A stretch of 64,000 bases of DNA from Fimbriosthenelais zetlandica (Eukaryota), in assembly GCA_977030845.1 (NCBI GenBank), contig OZ365112.1, positions 27,156,001 to 27,220,000 of the forward strand. The letters are read 5' to 3'. The notes beneath the pieces are model-generated. The model ran no database searches. It saw only the letters and a program-made list of their open reading frames with translations, and was not told where the DNA came from. The translations under genes and the position numbers were made by a program. This document shows, one piece after another, positions 1-13,603 of the stretch (position 1 is the stretch's first letter; the number at the start of each line of letters is the position of its first letter).

Positions 1-15
1 TTCATACTCACTAAA

Positions 16-160
16 GTAGAAACCTCACTATATTACCACTAATGTGTTCAGAATCAAATATTTTCTATTCCACAAAGACATAGTGAAGCAAGACCGTCCC
101 ACTATACGACTAGAATTAATACAGCACCAAAGGTGGTCCTATTAGTGAAACTCCACTGTA
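16..160. mobile_element. Tc1/mariner-type MITE, degenerate
   Basis: Left AAGTAGAAACCTCACTATATTACCAC is imperfectly inverted to right GGTGGTCCTATTAGTGAAACTCCACTG-TA; similar right ends recur at 20187, 27960, 51882, 61740 and 62854. Confidence 0.5.
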
Positions 161-3100
161 GATTCACTTGATACTATGTGGCACATTTTTATCATTGTAT
201 ATATGAATTATATCATTTCAATCATTTGCCGATATTGAATATAAACATGTGTCAGTTTACTTTTTCCATCCCAATTTTCTAACCGTATGACCGCGGAGAA
301 TGTCATGCAGGTTTGATGCTTATTTAAGCATAAAAATGTTGGCAGCGTTTCCATCAGGCCAGCTGTAATATTTTTACAATTCCTTGCCAGTGACATGGAC
401 ATTGTATGTATGTCACATGTGATCCCTATTTTAAAATAGACAAAGTGCAAAAAGTTAAAACGTTGAGCACAAAAAATAAAACTCGGCTAAAACCGCAGGA
501 GTTTTCGCTGAAATTATGATGAATCATTTGCATTGGACGCAGTTGAGTACAGTTTGAATTGCTACTCAGAAGCATTAAATAGAACATAAAATTGAACTTT
601 ATTTTTTATCAGATGGTGTTTTTGTGGACTGAAAGCACAAGAGGCAGATAAAATTGTTCAAATTGAGTAATTGTTCAGACTGGAAATGGGGAAGGAACTA
701 GAACATACTTCAAGTGATTTCAAGGCTTTTCTTCACTCAGTGTGAAATATGAAGTCATCTGAAACCTTTTAAGACGAATTTAATATTGAAAAGCATTGTT
801 AAATCGTCCTTTTATTCCATTAAATACATTTTTTAAGGAATTCAAGTGAAAGCTTTTGACCTGAAATGATCAAACCATTTGATCGTAAATTGCTCATGCA
901 ACGTTTTTATAAGCAATATTTGGAAATGCGTACACTGCTGCCGAAAAGTTAGGGATATACTGAGATGACAATATTTTTCTGGATTTGCAAATATGCTCTG
1001 AGAAAGGCAATTGAGCACTCTAACAATTAGAGATACTATTGGGTACTCTAGAAAATAAGAGATGCAAATGAGTACTCTAGCAATTACAGCGACAAATGAG
1101 AAGTAATGGATAAATTTCAATTTGGTACCTTTCTTATCATTTGGAATCAAATCACTTTGTGACTACTACATCCCAAACTTTCTGTAGATAGAATATGAAT
1201 ATGCCGAACTTTGTTTCGAGAGAAAACTTAATATTATTTATAAATATGCTAATATGAACCGGAGCAGGGAAGTTTAGCTCCTCTCCATCATGCCTCGCAG
1301 CTCTTGTGTCAATAGCAAAAGCGCCACGTTTGCCCAGACCATAGTGTTTGCTGTAAATTTGATTTTTGCAACAGAGCGAGAGTTGTTGACATTATAGATT
1401 TTGGTGAGGTATTGAAATGTTGGTCCGGCTTGACAGACAGTGACGGCGTATCATGATTGTCTGCCCCTAGCTGTATGAGGCATGTCACAATGACATGTTT
1501 TGGTACTGGGAAAATGAAGCATTGATTTATGTAAAGGTGAAGCAGTGTCAACTTCCAAATCAATATATGGAATCATGCAGATGGCAGGAATATGAATTTC
1601 GACTGAATTTGAGGTGTTTTTCTATCGCATAACCTACCTTAACTGCAGATAGACACTATTTGAAACAGAACAATGAGAAAAGATAGAACTTCTGAGTGAA
1701 AAATATAGAAAGAGGCAAACAAGGTCAAGACATAGAGTGATGCATTGCATATGCAAAGCAACACTTTATTCCAAAACACTTAAACATTAGTAAATAAAGG
1801 TTAAATCTTTAATGTATTCACCTTGACGACTGGTCTATAGTCTATAATAGATACTGTACAGATATTGCCCTATTATTGATTTTTCAATGTGTTTAACCGG
1901 GGGGTATAAGCAGCTATTTATAGGCCATCGATCCATGATGGCCCGGCAGCATTTTCATTGCAAGCTTGTGTGGTTATGCATGAAGGGAATTATGTTGAAC
2001 CTTGGCTATACCTACTTATACCTCAACCCCTCACCCAATCAATCACTCACACTGCTAATGGTTACTATAGTGATTGCCACATGTAACTCTTTAAGGGGTC
2101 GGATCCACTAGTCAGATTGTCCAACCGATTGATCAGATTTCTCCAATCGTTTAATCATAGCCGTTTGTTGCATCAAATTGACTCATTTTTCCTATCATTC
2201 ATACACCACCCTGTAAATTTAAATCATTCACTGATATCCTTATGGAAAAATCTCGTCGACATCAGTTGGGAAATCTAAGTGGTGCCGACCCTTGTGCGGG
2301 AAGAGTCAATACTTCCTTGGAATATTTTGAATACTGTTCATCCCTGATTTGGTATGAATAAAAGAAAGCATTGTCTTCAAATATACGGATCTTTTGTTCT
2401 CTTGATACAGTATATGTTTTATGTCAACACAGATAAAATCTCAGCTTTGTTGATTTTGGGATTTACTTTTGAGTACTACTTAAAAGTCCCAAGCAAGCCA
2501 TACCTTATGGATTTTCTCTTTTCGAGCTACATTTCACTATGTCCCAGGTCCACTGTCGGGACTGCCCATCAGATTTCGGAACTTTCATCCGATTTCTGCC
2601 CGTCGATGCTCTTAGGATGTGCGTAGGTCTATGGCCTAAAAAAGTCAGTACATGGAATAGCTCAATGGACCCGGGCCTTCATCGTAGAGATAACTGCTGG
2701 AAGGTTGATGGGCATGTAGAGTCGTTGCATGGGGGCCGTTTATGCCTATCGACCCAGTCATAAATATACCTTTATCCTGGCCCAATCACCTCTGGCCATT
2801 GGAATTAATTGCAAAAGTATCTACATGATGTCGGCAATAAATGGAAATATTATGATGCCATCACGAATGCGTACATGTACACTCACATCAGACAGGCACA
2901 GAGACGAAGCCATGCTGAGATATGACCAAGTTTTTAAAATCACAATGTGTGGTCCACTGAAAATAGGCATCAGCCCTCCTAACCTACCTATTTTACTCTA
3001 TTTTTGCTTTGCTCCTATATTTTGGATCTTTGAATCTTTGAGGTAGTTGGACTATTTTGGTATCATGCACTGTTTGATGAATTGGAAAATTCCCGTATTT

Positions 3101-4797
3101 TCGTCTAAAAAAATCCAATATATTTTGAAATTTGTCTATATAATTTTGGTGAGAATTGTTAGGAGAGCTGATATATGTATGTAGCCAGTATATAGTATTC
3201 AAGAGAGAATGTAGCCTAGGGAGAACTCGTAAGCAAATATGATCGGGCCACACGGAGGAAAAACTAGAATGTCCATTGCCTATCGATCCCACACTATTAT
3301 TAACGGTAGGGCAATATTTCGAGGCCACTAGCTACTGCTGCAGTCCTGGAATAGCATTGTGGACAGTTGGAATCAGTAGAAATGGTTCACAATGGAAATG
3401 TCTATTCTCCAAATGGCATGTCTGGGTCTATAGGATTTCTGATATTGGGTTTTATTCTTTGGTATATCTAATTATAAATTATGGAGTCAAAATTGAAAGA
3501 TCAAATAATCCCTGGTGCTTTGAGAGTTTCCTCTTATTTGATAAACAAAATATATCAGGTATTGATCAATAAATAATTGAGTTCATATACGACAAAGAGT
3601 TTTAAAAAGACTAAAAAAGAAAAAAATAGAATGCTGCGGAAAATGCCTCATTAAAATATATTACTAGGATAATATATCATTCGTTGAACATGAAAAAAAA
3701 TGAAATCAAAAGCTTGGAAGGTAGAATTGAGTATAAAAAGACCCCCATGGCTATATCTGGGACTATAAAAACATATCATGCGTGGCATGAAAGCTTCATG
3801 AATAATCCATAATTTGTGTTATTGGAATTCAGTGGACGAGTATGAGGTAGAGATAAATCAAGTATATGTACATATATAAGCATCTGTTCACACATGGCCC
3901 GTAATGTGAACATGGTCGATACATGCCTCCATGTCAGGCGCTTAAAAACCAGGGCAATACTGCACCGATCTGTCATCCGACAGCAGTTGGATTTCCCACA
4001 ACGTATTAGCTATTTTAATTTTAAATGAGAATTCTGGATGAAGCCTAGGTACTCGAAGGCGAAAAAGTCATTTAGAAAAGTTGAATTCATGGCTATTATA
4101 AAGGTTAAACTTGTATAATAATAACAGTGGAAAATGGGCTGAATGAATCGCATCTGGACATCTACAGGAAAGGATGGATCACTCAAAAATAATAATCATC
4201 TTTTATGTACACTTCCTATAGCCATCATGTAATATGACATGTGTGCATTAAATTGTAATATATTGCCTAATAACTTTTTTCACTCTAGCTTAAAGTGCAA
4301 TAAAGGATATGGGCAATATTTCTTTTGGTATTGAAAAATACACAATTGACAGGGAAATCTACTTAAAATCCTAATGGATTTCCGACCAGACTGAGGAGAA
4401 TTCAATATTGGTGTTTCCTTTCAAAATGTTTTAAATAAATAAAACAATAAAAAAATGTCTCTCCATCCGTACCTGGTTTTAATCCGACAATGAATGTCAT
4501 GATATCTCAGCAAGGAACATTTCAAACATAACAAAATGTGTTAAACCAATATTGATTGCTTGACTGAAATTATAATCTTTCATTAATTTTATTGCAGTTA
4601 CATTTGGGAGCGAAGAGTTCTAGTCTACGTTTTCGGAGCTTGTAAGTTGGAATTTTTCCTCGCTTTCTTCACTTTAAGGGCAATGCCAGCAGAAAACCAG
4701 GTCTCGTCTTATTCAGCAAAGTCTTCACTAGACTTATAAGAGACGGATAAGAATGAATATAGAATGACAGATTATTTCACATTCTATGATAACTTAC

Positions 4798-4866
4798 CGA
4801 GCCATGGATATCCTCCATGCGCATGATATTTGATCTTGCCTTGGACAATGAATTAACAATCGTCAT
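4798..4866 (-). CDS. Candidate start-codon exon segment (MTIVNSLSKARSNIMRMEDIHGS), product unknown
   Basis: On minus, a long (TC)n tract precedes AG at 4916-4915; a 117-nt exon 4914-4798 ends in TCG|GTAAGT; 23 codons are open from ATG 4866 to the donor. No homology recognised. Confidence 0.2.
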
Positions 4867-4936
4867 ATGTTACAATCAATTTGTTGACCATGACAGTTGT
4901 ATTTCCCATGGTCTCTATTTAGTCCAAAGCAGGACG

Positions 4937-4968
4937 GGAGGAGGAGATAGGAGAGAGAGGGAGAGTGT

Positions 4969-5030
<62 letters not shown>

Positions 5031-5062
5031 AAGGGGAGAAGCAAGAGGAGAGAGAGAGGCAT
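4937..5062. repeat. (GA)n microsatellite with GA-rich flanks
   Basis: Near-perfect (GA)n at about 4969-5027, directly visible. Confidence 0.95.
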
Positions 5063-6254
5063 GAGGAGTATTGACATGCTATCCCTCCACCACATGGCTC
5101 CTCCAGGCCGTGTGATGTTTGGCATACACCTTATGCTTGCCATCCAGGGTGCATGACTCTAGCTTAGCCTGTTTTCTCTGGGTCACCTCAGGCAAGCTGT
5201 TCCTGGGGTCTGGAGATGGGGGCTGGATGATTTGGATTGGGGTGTGTTTGGGAGAGTGGACATATGGAGAAATTCAGAGGGAGAGTGTGTGTCTGAGAGA
5301 GAGGGAGAGAGGGGGTGGCGCTATTGCATGGGTCAGTTTAATTTTGGAAGTTTTAAACAAAGATATGCAAGGCTTTATCAATAAATACATAAATGCGGAC
5401 AAGTTATATACCATTTTGCTTAATGCCAGCTCTTAAATCAATAAGATAACATAGGTCCACTTGGAACACATAAGTCCACTTTTAGCCCTAGCATATATGT
5501 AGGCATATAATAAGATTGGCCCATTATATTTTTTACCTAATACGCCTAATGGAGTAAATACTTTCTCTGTATTAGATAACCATTCCTGAATTCTTTGCTT
5601 TATAATCCATTGCATTCTATCCATTGCATTCTATTCAGCCTGATACAATACGAATATCTTAACTAAAGATCCCTAATTTAATTGTCTTGCTTTCCAATTT
5701 AAATCTGTTCTCCAGACACATCCAAGTCGAGAGATAATCTAAGTATTGTAATTTACCTCGGAGCAAGCACTAGTCGATCTCTAATATGATTTCAGCGTGG
5801 GGGATCAATGGTTCCTTCGCTCTCTCCTTTGATATCGTTCTCATCCCGAGTTTTTCAACTCATTTCAATGGCGCCACCACTGGTGGAAATCTAATCAAAT
5901 TGAAAGCCATCAATGGTGATTATTCAAAACCCTTTGTCAACAGACGAACGTACTTGAAGCCATTGAGAAAAGTTTCTATTGTGGACCTTTCCCAGCAGAG
6001 GGCCTTCAGTTTCAAGCAAAAACTGGTTCCCATAGACTGGCTCCTGTCCCCATGATAGGTCTGGAGTCACAGCTTGCTTCCTCCCGCCGAGATTAGCCCT
6101 TGCCCCCAATGATAGCTAGGCCTGGAGTCATAGCTCCCTCCCTCGTTCATTCACTCCTACCCTGAGAAGGGACTCAACTTTATAGTTGATTTTATTGATC
6201 GATCAATTAATATGAAAATTGAACACAATTAAAGACTTGGGGTCAAGTCTAGGT

Positions 6255-6360
6255 CCCGCCAATGTCGTTCCAATGTTTACCTATTATGAACCCATTCGTC
6301 CTTGCTGCATTGGATAGATTAGTGCCCAAAACAACCCACCTCATTTGCATAGATGATTGG
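6255..6360. promoter_or_regulatory. CCAAT x4 + octamer + GC-box patch
   Basis: CCCGCC ~6255; CCAAT 6259 and 6270; ATTGG 6309 and 6356; ATTTGCAT 6343-6350. Confidence 0.3.
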
Positions 6361-6736
6361 CGTGTCGTAGTACACATTCCTTCATTGTTCTTTGGGCTAC
6401 AATAATGTCAATATTATGGCCAAGTCACTGCAATCTCTGCTACCTCGTCCTCCTATCATGCCGCCTCGAAAATCCCCCAGGAAAACAGCCAGAGACAGGT
6501 TCAACTCTGGGTAGGTGATTTGATATGCAATACCTTAACTGTCTCTTTCCCATCTCTTCACAAAAACGAAGCTAATTATAGAGATAATGTGAATGTTCTT
6601 CCTCGCTGGCAGTGCAGTGAATGCGGGCATACAAGTGTAAAACCAGGCCCTATAGGGTTTCACTGGAGGGCTTACAGCTCATTAGCAATAGGTTCAGGTC
6701 ATATTCTGCAGTCCCTGAGTAGTTGCACCTTCTTCC

Positions 6737-6995
6737 TTAACGTCCAGTCAGCAATTTTTCAGCTGTCTCAGGACAAGAATAATTTGCTGCTCCAACTAAA
6801 TAAGTATAAGAAATATGCTGGCACACAATGTGGCTCTTTTATATTGGCAGCAATGGTTCTTTTACATGTCTGTCGCGTTTCACATGGGTGGCTTTGATGA
6901 TCCAGTTATAAGCAATGAATGGATGAAGGGCAAAGGCAAATTTTGGGGATGGATTGTAAGGGAATGGAACCCAGGACCTCCCGCATTCAAGTAAA
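6737..6995 (-). mobile_element. SINE, near full length (MetaSINE-like family)
   Basis: Reverse complement gives head TTGAATGCGGGAGGTCCTGGGTTCCATTCCC, core CATGTAAAAGAACCATTGCTGCC and tail GAAAAATTGCTGACTGGACGTTAA. Confidence 0.85.
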
Positions 6996-8419
6996 TAGCA
7001 ATGTACAACCTGAACCAATACAAGAGATGTATAGCCTAAGTCATTGGCATGCAACTGCTTGATTTCAGGTATTTTTAGATTGAACAATATTTTCCAAACC
7101 ATGATTTTCTCACAGAGCCCAAATATATGCCAGAAATAATGTATCCAACCAAATCTATCCATTGCAACCTTCCAGTGAAAAGGGCTCGGATTTTGTTAGT
7201 TTTGAAAGTTTCAGAAATTGAGAAGTTCTGCCAATGTTGGCAGTGTGGGCTGTGATGGCTTTGGATAGCAATCAATATAACCAACAATGTAAACAATTAG
7301 ACCATAGAGGAACTTTACCACGACGCCCATCAATAACTCTTGACATCTCGTATCAATATTATGACAGGCAATTTCTCCCATTTCCGCCCACTGTTATAAT
7401 CAACATAAAATAGAAACTTCCCACATGAAACTCTGTCTGACGGCGTTCCAATTAGCTACCCCAGGCACCCTATATCTTATCTCGATCTCGATTCAACAAT
7501 TTAAACTTTTATCTGTCATTATTGAAAATTACCAAAACTAAAATAGCGGGATTGATTTTTCAATTTTAAAACCTGATCGGACCTTTTCTAATTCAATGAA
7601 TGGTAGGCCTAGTCTGCGGTTGATACCTTGGGTAAAAATGAATAATTAGATTGTCAGAATTCAATCATATTTTGGTTCCTATCATTAAATCCCCATGGGC
7701 CGTTTCATTATGCTGTCAGAAAGGCAGTCTATCCTACCTGCAAGTTTTTATGTCGCTAGATAAATGTGGGGTCACTTGGAACATCTTGCGTGGGTGGCGA
7801 GTGGGGTAGGTAGGTGGGTGGGTGTTGGTGGGGTGGGGGTAGGTAGGTGAACTTGATCACTTGTCAGTAGCCTATGCTTATATACCTACCCTGTAATTTC
7901 CTTGAAGTATGGACGTATAAATAGCTATGCTAGCCTTAATGTATTAGACCTCTGCAGTCCACATCAATCCCCTAAAGACCATTCTACAACCAACGGATTT
8001 GCCTACACATGTACTAATCCCAGGTGCCAAGAAGCCTGCCATGAACAACCCCGATTTGTTTTGAAATTCAAAAGAAGCGAGGCAAGGGACATAGTAACCC
8101 TCCACAAATCCATGAATAAACCCAAATTACTTTGAATTTCCATAAAATGAAAAAAAAAGATTCCCAAGAGGGATTATTTTTCCCAAGATGTTCCCTTACT
8201 ATTCCACTAAACCCCTTGAGTGTATGGGGTTGGGGCTAGCGGCTTCTGGTGTATAGCTGCCAATCCATATAGGTGCATTAAATCCTTGGAGATGAGGCCC
8301 CAATGAACCCACGTTAAAATAAAGTAGGATAATACTAGTAATAGCGTGATAGATAGTGCGGTGAAAGGAGGAGACCAGAGCTTGGATGCTTGCCAAGCCA
8401 AACCCCCTGATGGGAGCCA

Positions 8420-8745
8420 GAGAGAGTGGGGAGGTAGAGAAAGAGAGAAAGCAGAGAGTGAGAAGACAGGAGTGGAGAGTGAGCCGAAGGAAGAAGCTCT
8501 GGGTGGTATTAGGGGAGAGTGAGAGACAGCAGGATGGAGAGGGACAGAAATGAAAGAAAATGGAGAGAGAAAGAGCAGGGGTATAGTAAAGGAATGAGAG
8601 ATGAGTGAGTGAGAGAGAGGACAGGAAAGTGAGAGAGAGACAGTCACACAGTGAGGGACAGGAGAATGAGTGAAAGTCCACGAGGAGAGTGAGACACACA
8701 TAGTGAGAGGAGAGAGAGAGAGGGAGAGTGAGGAAGACTCAGATG
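8420..8745. repeat. Degenerate GA/GAGT-rich low-complexity tract
   Basis: Purine-rich simple sequence; explains the S/L-rich minus-strand ORFs. Confidence 0.85.
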
Positions 8746-8989
8746 TTGGTGGGAGTATCTCTGGCCTGTTTATACCTTTTGTAGAGAGCTGAGGGGAAGG
8801 CTTCACGCTTGGGAAAACATCATCATTAAAGATGCATGGTTAGGCAATAGGGTGTTTATTGTATCACAGTAGAACAGATGTACCTCCCCTCCTCTATATC
8901 CTCACTGAATCACTGCCTCACACTAGTCTTACTTTATATACAACAACCTGGCGCATTCACTCTATATGGCGAGGCAATGGTGAGTGAAT

Positions 8990-9215
8990 TCCTGAGGGGC
9001 AGAGGTGAAAGGAAGGAGATAGAGGTGGAAGGAGAGAAAGAACGAGAGATATTGAGAGAGTGTGAGAAAGGGAGAGAGTGAGTGAAAAGGAAACAGTGAG
9101 TGAGAGAAAAAGCTTCAGAAAAAAAAGAAAAGAAACGTACCAATTTCATAGGGAGACATGTAGAGGGAAATAAGTGGTGTGAGAGGAGAGAGAGAGAGAT
9201 GGTGAGAGAGAAACA
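8990..9215. repeat. Degenerate GA-rich tract
   Basis: Purine-rich simple sequence on +. Confidence 0.8.
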
Positions 9216-11593
9216 ACAAGCTCTATCAGCCTGCACATAATTATACATTAATTCAATTAATTACGCAAACTAATCTCCCCATCCAAGACACAGACTGTTG
9301 CTGCAGTGTTAAGCAATCCAATGAACCAACGTATACTACTAAAATCCCTCATACCGAAATAATAAATTATATATTTACCCCAGATGGAAAAAATTGCCAC
9401 CTGTTTCTCGAGAGTGGAAATCACAGTCCCATCCTTCCACACCTTGACCCCATTCCTATGCATACTATACGTAAACACCCCCATTGAATACGAAAATCAC
9501 CTGCATCCACCCATCGCTCACATCTTAATATCCAATAAACCCCGCACCCCTTAACCCACCCTCAATGAACCTGACATGAAGCCTTTCAAAAATTAAACAT
9601 TCATAAAGGGTTCAAAGCCCCGTATAGCGCATGGCCTCTATAGCATCATCTCATCACCTTTCACCTATAAAGCCCCACCATTGAGCAGCTCACCATTACT
9701 ATAAATAACCCAGCCCTGGGGGGCAGGGCTCCTGGCCGCCACGGCTGCCGCAGCCTCTAAGACACCCCCGTAACAATGAATCGCCTTGCGGTATCGGTAG
9801 AATATAGATGGGTCATTTTGTGCCTTCACTCACCGACCACTCATTTGGCAGCTGCAGATTACTGGTCTCTAGCCAGACCCTATAGGGCCACTGCCTTAAA
9901 GGCTGATTAGACAGGCGCCATGCGAGTAGACGCGTCCGTTTTGAATCAACTAGGCATATGAAAGTTTAATATTTCTGATCGTGAAGTCGCGTTGAAATTG
10001 CGTCAGGATTTCTGGACGCTTGCTCTATTCTCACTGTTCCTTCAGAGCAATGGTTTAGGTCGCAGATGGCCGTTTAAATGGACGCGTCTGCTTTTACTGA
10101 TCCTGTAAAAACGGATCTAAATAGGCAACGTTAGGACTTTGACTCTGAAAAACTGCAATTTTATCCTGGAAAATGCAGTATTCAGTGTGGACGGCCCTTT
10201 ATTAACTAAGCAGGGTGCTCTGTATGCCACCATGGCCTCTTTTTCCTATACTTCTAACATCCCTCTCTCACAATGGCAGTGCAATGACAATGCAACCATA
10301 ATGCATATGTACATTAGCAATGAGCAACTGCCATGTCTTCCCATGACATCTTCTGCTCCTTCAACTGCCTCACAATGCCCATTGTAATGCCATTAATTGC
10401 CATTACAATGGCTCCTCCTGTCCCCATTACAATGCCAATTGTTACAATGAGGCCATTGGATATTCCCTAGTCAAATATCATTGCAGGTCTCCCTCTCTGC
10501 AGCAGTGGCGAAAAAAAAGACATCTCCTGCACAAATTACCAATGTGGCACTGCTCGGTTGCATGTCACTTTCTGTGGGGAAACAGTTAGCGTTTTTCCCC
10601 CAAACCGTGACTTGCTTTTCTCCTATTGCCACCGGAGACTATGTGTGGGGATTAGCTGGGTGTGATGAAAACAGCAAGGTGAATATTGGATGTCACATTT
10701 GTCTTATGTTCATTTCACAGCGAGGCGCCTGGCTAAGCTGCCAAGCTCTGATTGCATCCACGGCTTTATTGGAAAGGAATGCTTTACCGCTGTACGGTGG
10801 CAAGGAACATCTTTACAACTCACAGATAGCGATTATTGTTTTTCTTTCCCGATGTATTTATGCCACAATCATTTGTTTTTATCGATTTGGAGACAGTCAG
10901 GTTTTTAGGGCAGTTTGCTGTCACATTCAATTCCACGATTCAGTTTCAAGAAAGTTCACATATTTGTACTTTGGGAACTCTTACTGAAGAAAAGTGTTGC
11001 CCTCCCCTACTACGATATATCCCCTATCCAATATAATATCTGAAACCATTAGATCTCTGACATACCTAAGATAGAAAAGGTTTCCTAATCAGTAGTCTTA
11101 TTCGTCAGTGCAAAATATAATGAAAAAACACCTATAGTCTGTCGGTGGGGCTTCACTTTATCATATCGGAGAAGGTGGGGGCCCCCCTTCACAGTTTTGC
11201 CTGGAGGTGCCAGTTGTGGCTTGTTCGAGAGGCTGCAGAAGCGGGGAAAGCAATGGGGACAAAAATCTATAGTCTATTTATGTGAAGGGTAAACACATGG
11301 GATGGGGTTAGGGTGGGAGGAGCTTTGGCAATCGTGGTGATCAATTTGTAGCGGGGGTCAGATATGGAGTTACCTCACGGGGGGCGCTAGCTTATTGATA
11401 GATGTGACACCCGATGGCCACTTCAGAGGTCAGTGATGGTGGCTGGTGGTCAGGATCGATTAGATCCCTACCCCTCTACCCACCCCCACCCCCACCGACT
11501 GACTGAGTGAGGGAGGAGGATGCATCATCAAAGACAGTCACAAATAGATACTACACATTCATTATACAGGGGAGGTGGGTGACTTGTTGTTCA

Positions 11594-11838
11594 CAAGCCA
11601 GGGACGTCTTCTACTGTCCTTGGTGAGAGGCATGTATAAAAGGCCAGCCATGTCTTCCACTGTCTTTTTGTGAGGCCATAAAAGGCCAGCTATGTCTTCC
11701 ACTGTCTGTGGTGATGGGCCCATAAAAGGCCAGCCATGTCCTCCACTGTCTATGGTGTGAAGGACACAAAAGCCCAGCCTTGAATCCCACTGTCTATGGT
11801 GAATGGCTTGTGAAAGAAACATTACTGTTGTTGGAGAA
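11594..11838 (+). mobile_element. SINE fragment with 5 tandem copies of the ~43-bp core unit
   Basis: AAAGGCCAGCCATGTCTTCCACTGTC..GGTGA..GGC units at about 11594, 11638, 11680, 11724 and 11767, then the normal AAAGAAACATTACTG..GGAGAA continuation. Confidence 0.85.
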
Positions 11839-13603
11839 AAAAACATCCATTGTATTGTAATACATATAGCTAATTTGATATGCAATATGATGAGCACTAC
11901 TAAATCCCACCCTGTGGAATACACTTTAGAATGACAGTCGAGCAGCTCTAAGACGTTCTTCCTGAAAAATAATACTAGAGCTTATTTGGCGGGAATAAAT
12001 AGCGGGTAGAAAGCCTGCATGGAGGTAAAGAGCTTACATTAAATATCAGGCGTAGATAGAGATAGAGGCATTAATTAGTACCAGCCGGAGGTACCGTCAG
12101 CAGCCACGCCAAGCCGCAAATAATGCCTCATAAATACCAGATGCTCTCTCCCAGCTTCTCACACCGCAGATTGTGCACAGCTACCTGGAAAAGACCTCAC
12201 AATATAAACAATGAGGCTTGTCTAGATGGGCAGGAGAGAGACATAGACAGAGAGAAAGTTAGAGAGAGATGATAATTTTATGGAACATAGTCCCACCACC
12301 CGTGTGCCCCGCACTTCCGGAAAAAACGGATCCGCAGGTGTAATTTGTTCATGAGATATGCTAATTAAATATCTCATATCTTTGATTTGAATTTTTACAC
12401 TGATTAAATGCAATGTTAATCAACTTGTGGCAAAATCCAATTATTTGATGTACAATACTTGAAGTCAGCGCAATCCAGACTCCGGACTTGTCATATTTTC
12501 CAATTCTCATTTGTATGGCAGGGTGGAGGCAGGGAGAGTGACAGGGTAGTGATTTTGATTAATGGTGGTGGGGATTTGGTTAGGTTATTGATAACAGGGG
12601 CTTATCTGTGGGTGAGTGAGAGCGGAGGGAGGGAGGGAGGTATAGAGATAGTCAGATGAGTGACTACCTGTGCGCCGCCATGCCGCCCCTACCCACAGTC
12701 ATCCATCAGCGCCATCCTTTTATCTCTCCCCTCACGGGCTGTCCCCATGTCAACATGTAATTATTATCTATCAAACTCCTCATGTATTCCACCTTCATCA
12801 ATGTGTTTGATGTCTAACCCACCTAATGTTTCCCCCGTCTGTATGACGGTAGGACCCGCTCGGATTTTTGCCCTGCGAGTCTTGTAACTTCAAAAGCCTG
12901 CCATGTCCATGCTGTCAACTTGCTGTCATTTGTCGAATTTTACTGTGACAGCTCCTCTCCCCTTCCTACCCACCCTTACCGCCGCCAGGGCAGAAATGAA
13001 TAATACATACAAAGGACAATCAAGACATTTTGATACAAATTGCCAACTTGGAACAATTCAAGTCTATGGACCTATTATGTAGCGGTGTAATTTATGGTGT
13101 GGGTTTCGGGATTTGGCACCAAAGCTGGTAATACTTATCAAGGCATATCAGAGATCAATGGTAATCCGCGCATAGCAGTGGGGTTAATATAGTGGCAGGA
13201 AGCCCGGCCTAATCTGTATTACAGATTGATTTCTGATGGTCCCTGCTGGGCCGCGCTGGCCGCTGTATATATTCACCAGTAGGCGAGCTTGTTCCACCAC
13301 CTTCCTCTAAGATCCATCACAAAGGAACGGAGCATGCCGGATATGCGGGGTAATTGCACCCCTCCTGTTCCCATTGCTCCCATTATGACTGATATCGTCT
13401 GCATTTCCGCTCGGCCGCTTCCAACGCTTGGCAGAAGAAATGGAGAGGAAGGAAGTAAAGGAAGATGAGATGCTTGCCTTGCTATAGGATGGATATTCAA
13501 TCTAAGCCATGTTTCTACAATCCCACTTTGCTGTCCGATTTTCACAAGATTCCCCCCTCATGACCAGTTTCTACCAGTGTACCTTTCACATTACCTTTCA
13601 CAG

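Noticed and set aside
8199-8806. Long minus ORFs of 166 and 199 aa (likewise 4817-5143, 21867-22185, 59085-59409)
   Set aside because: Translations of GA/TC low-complexity DNA (S/L/P or E/R runs); no domain.
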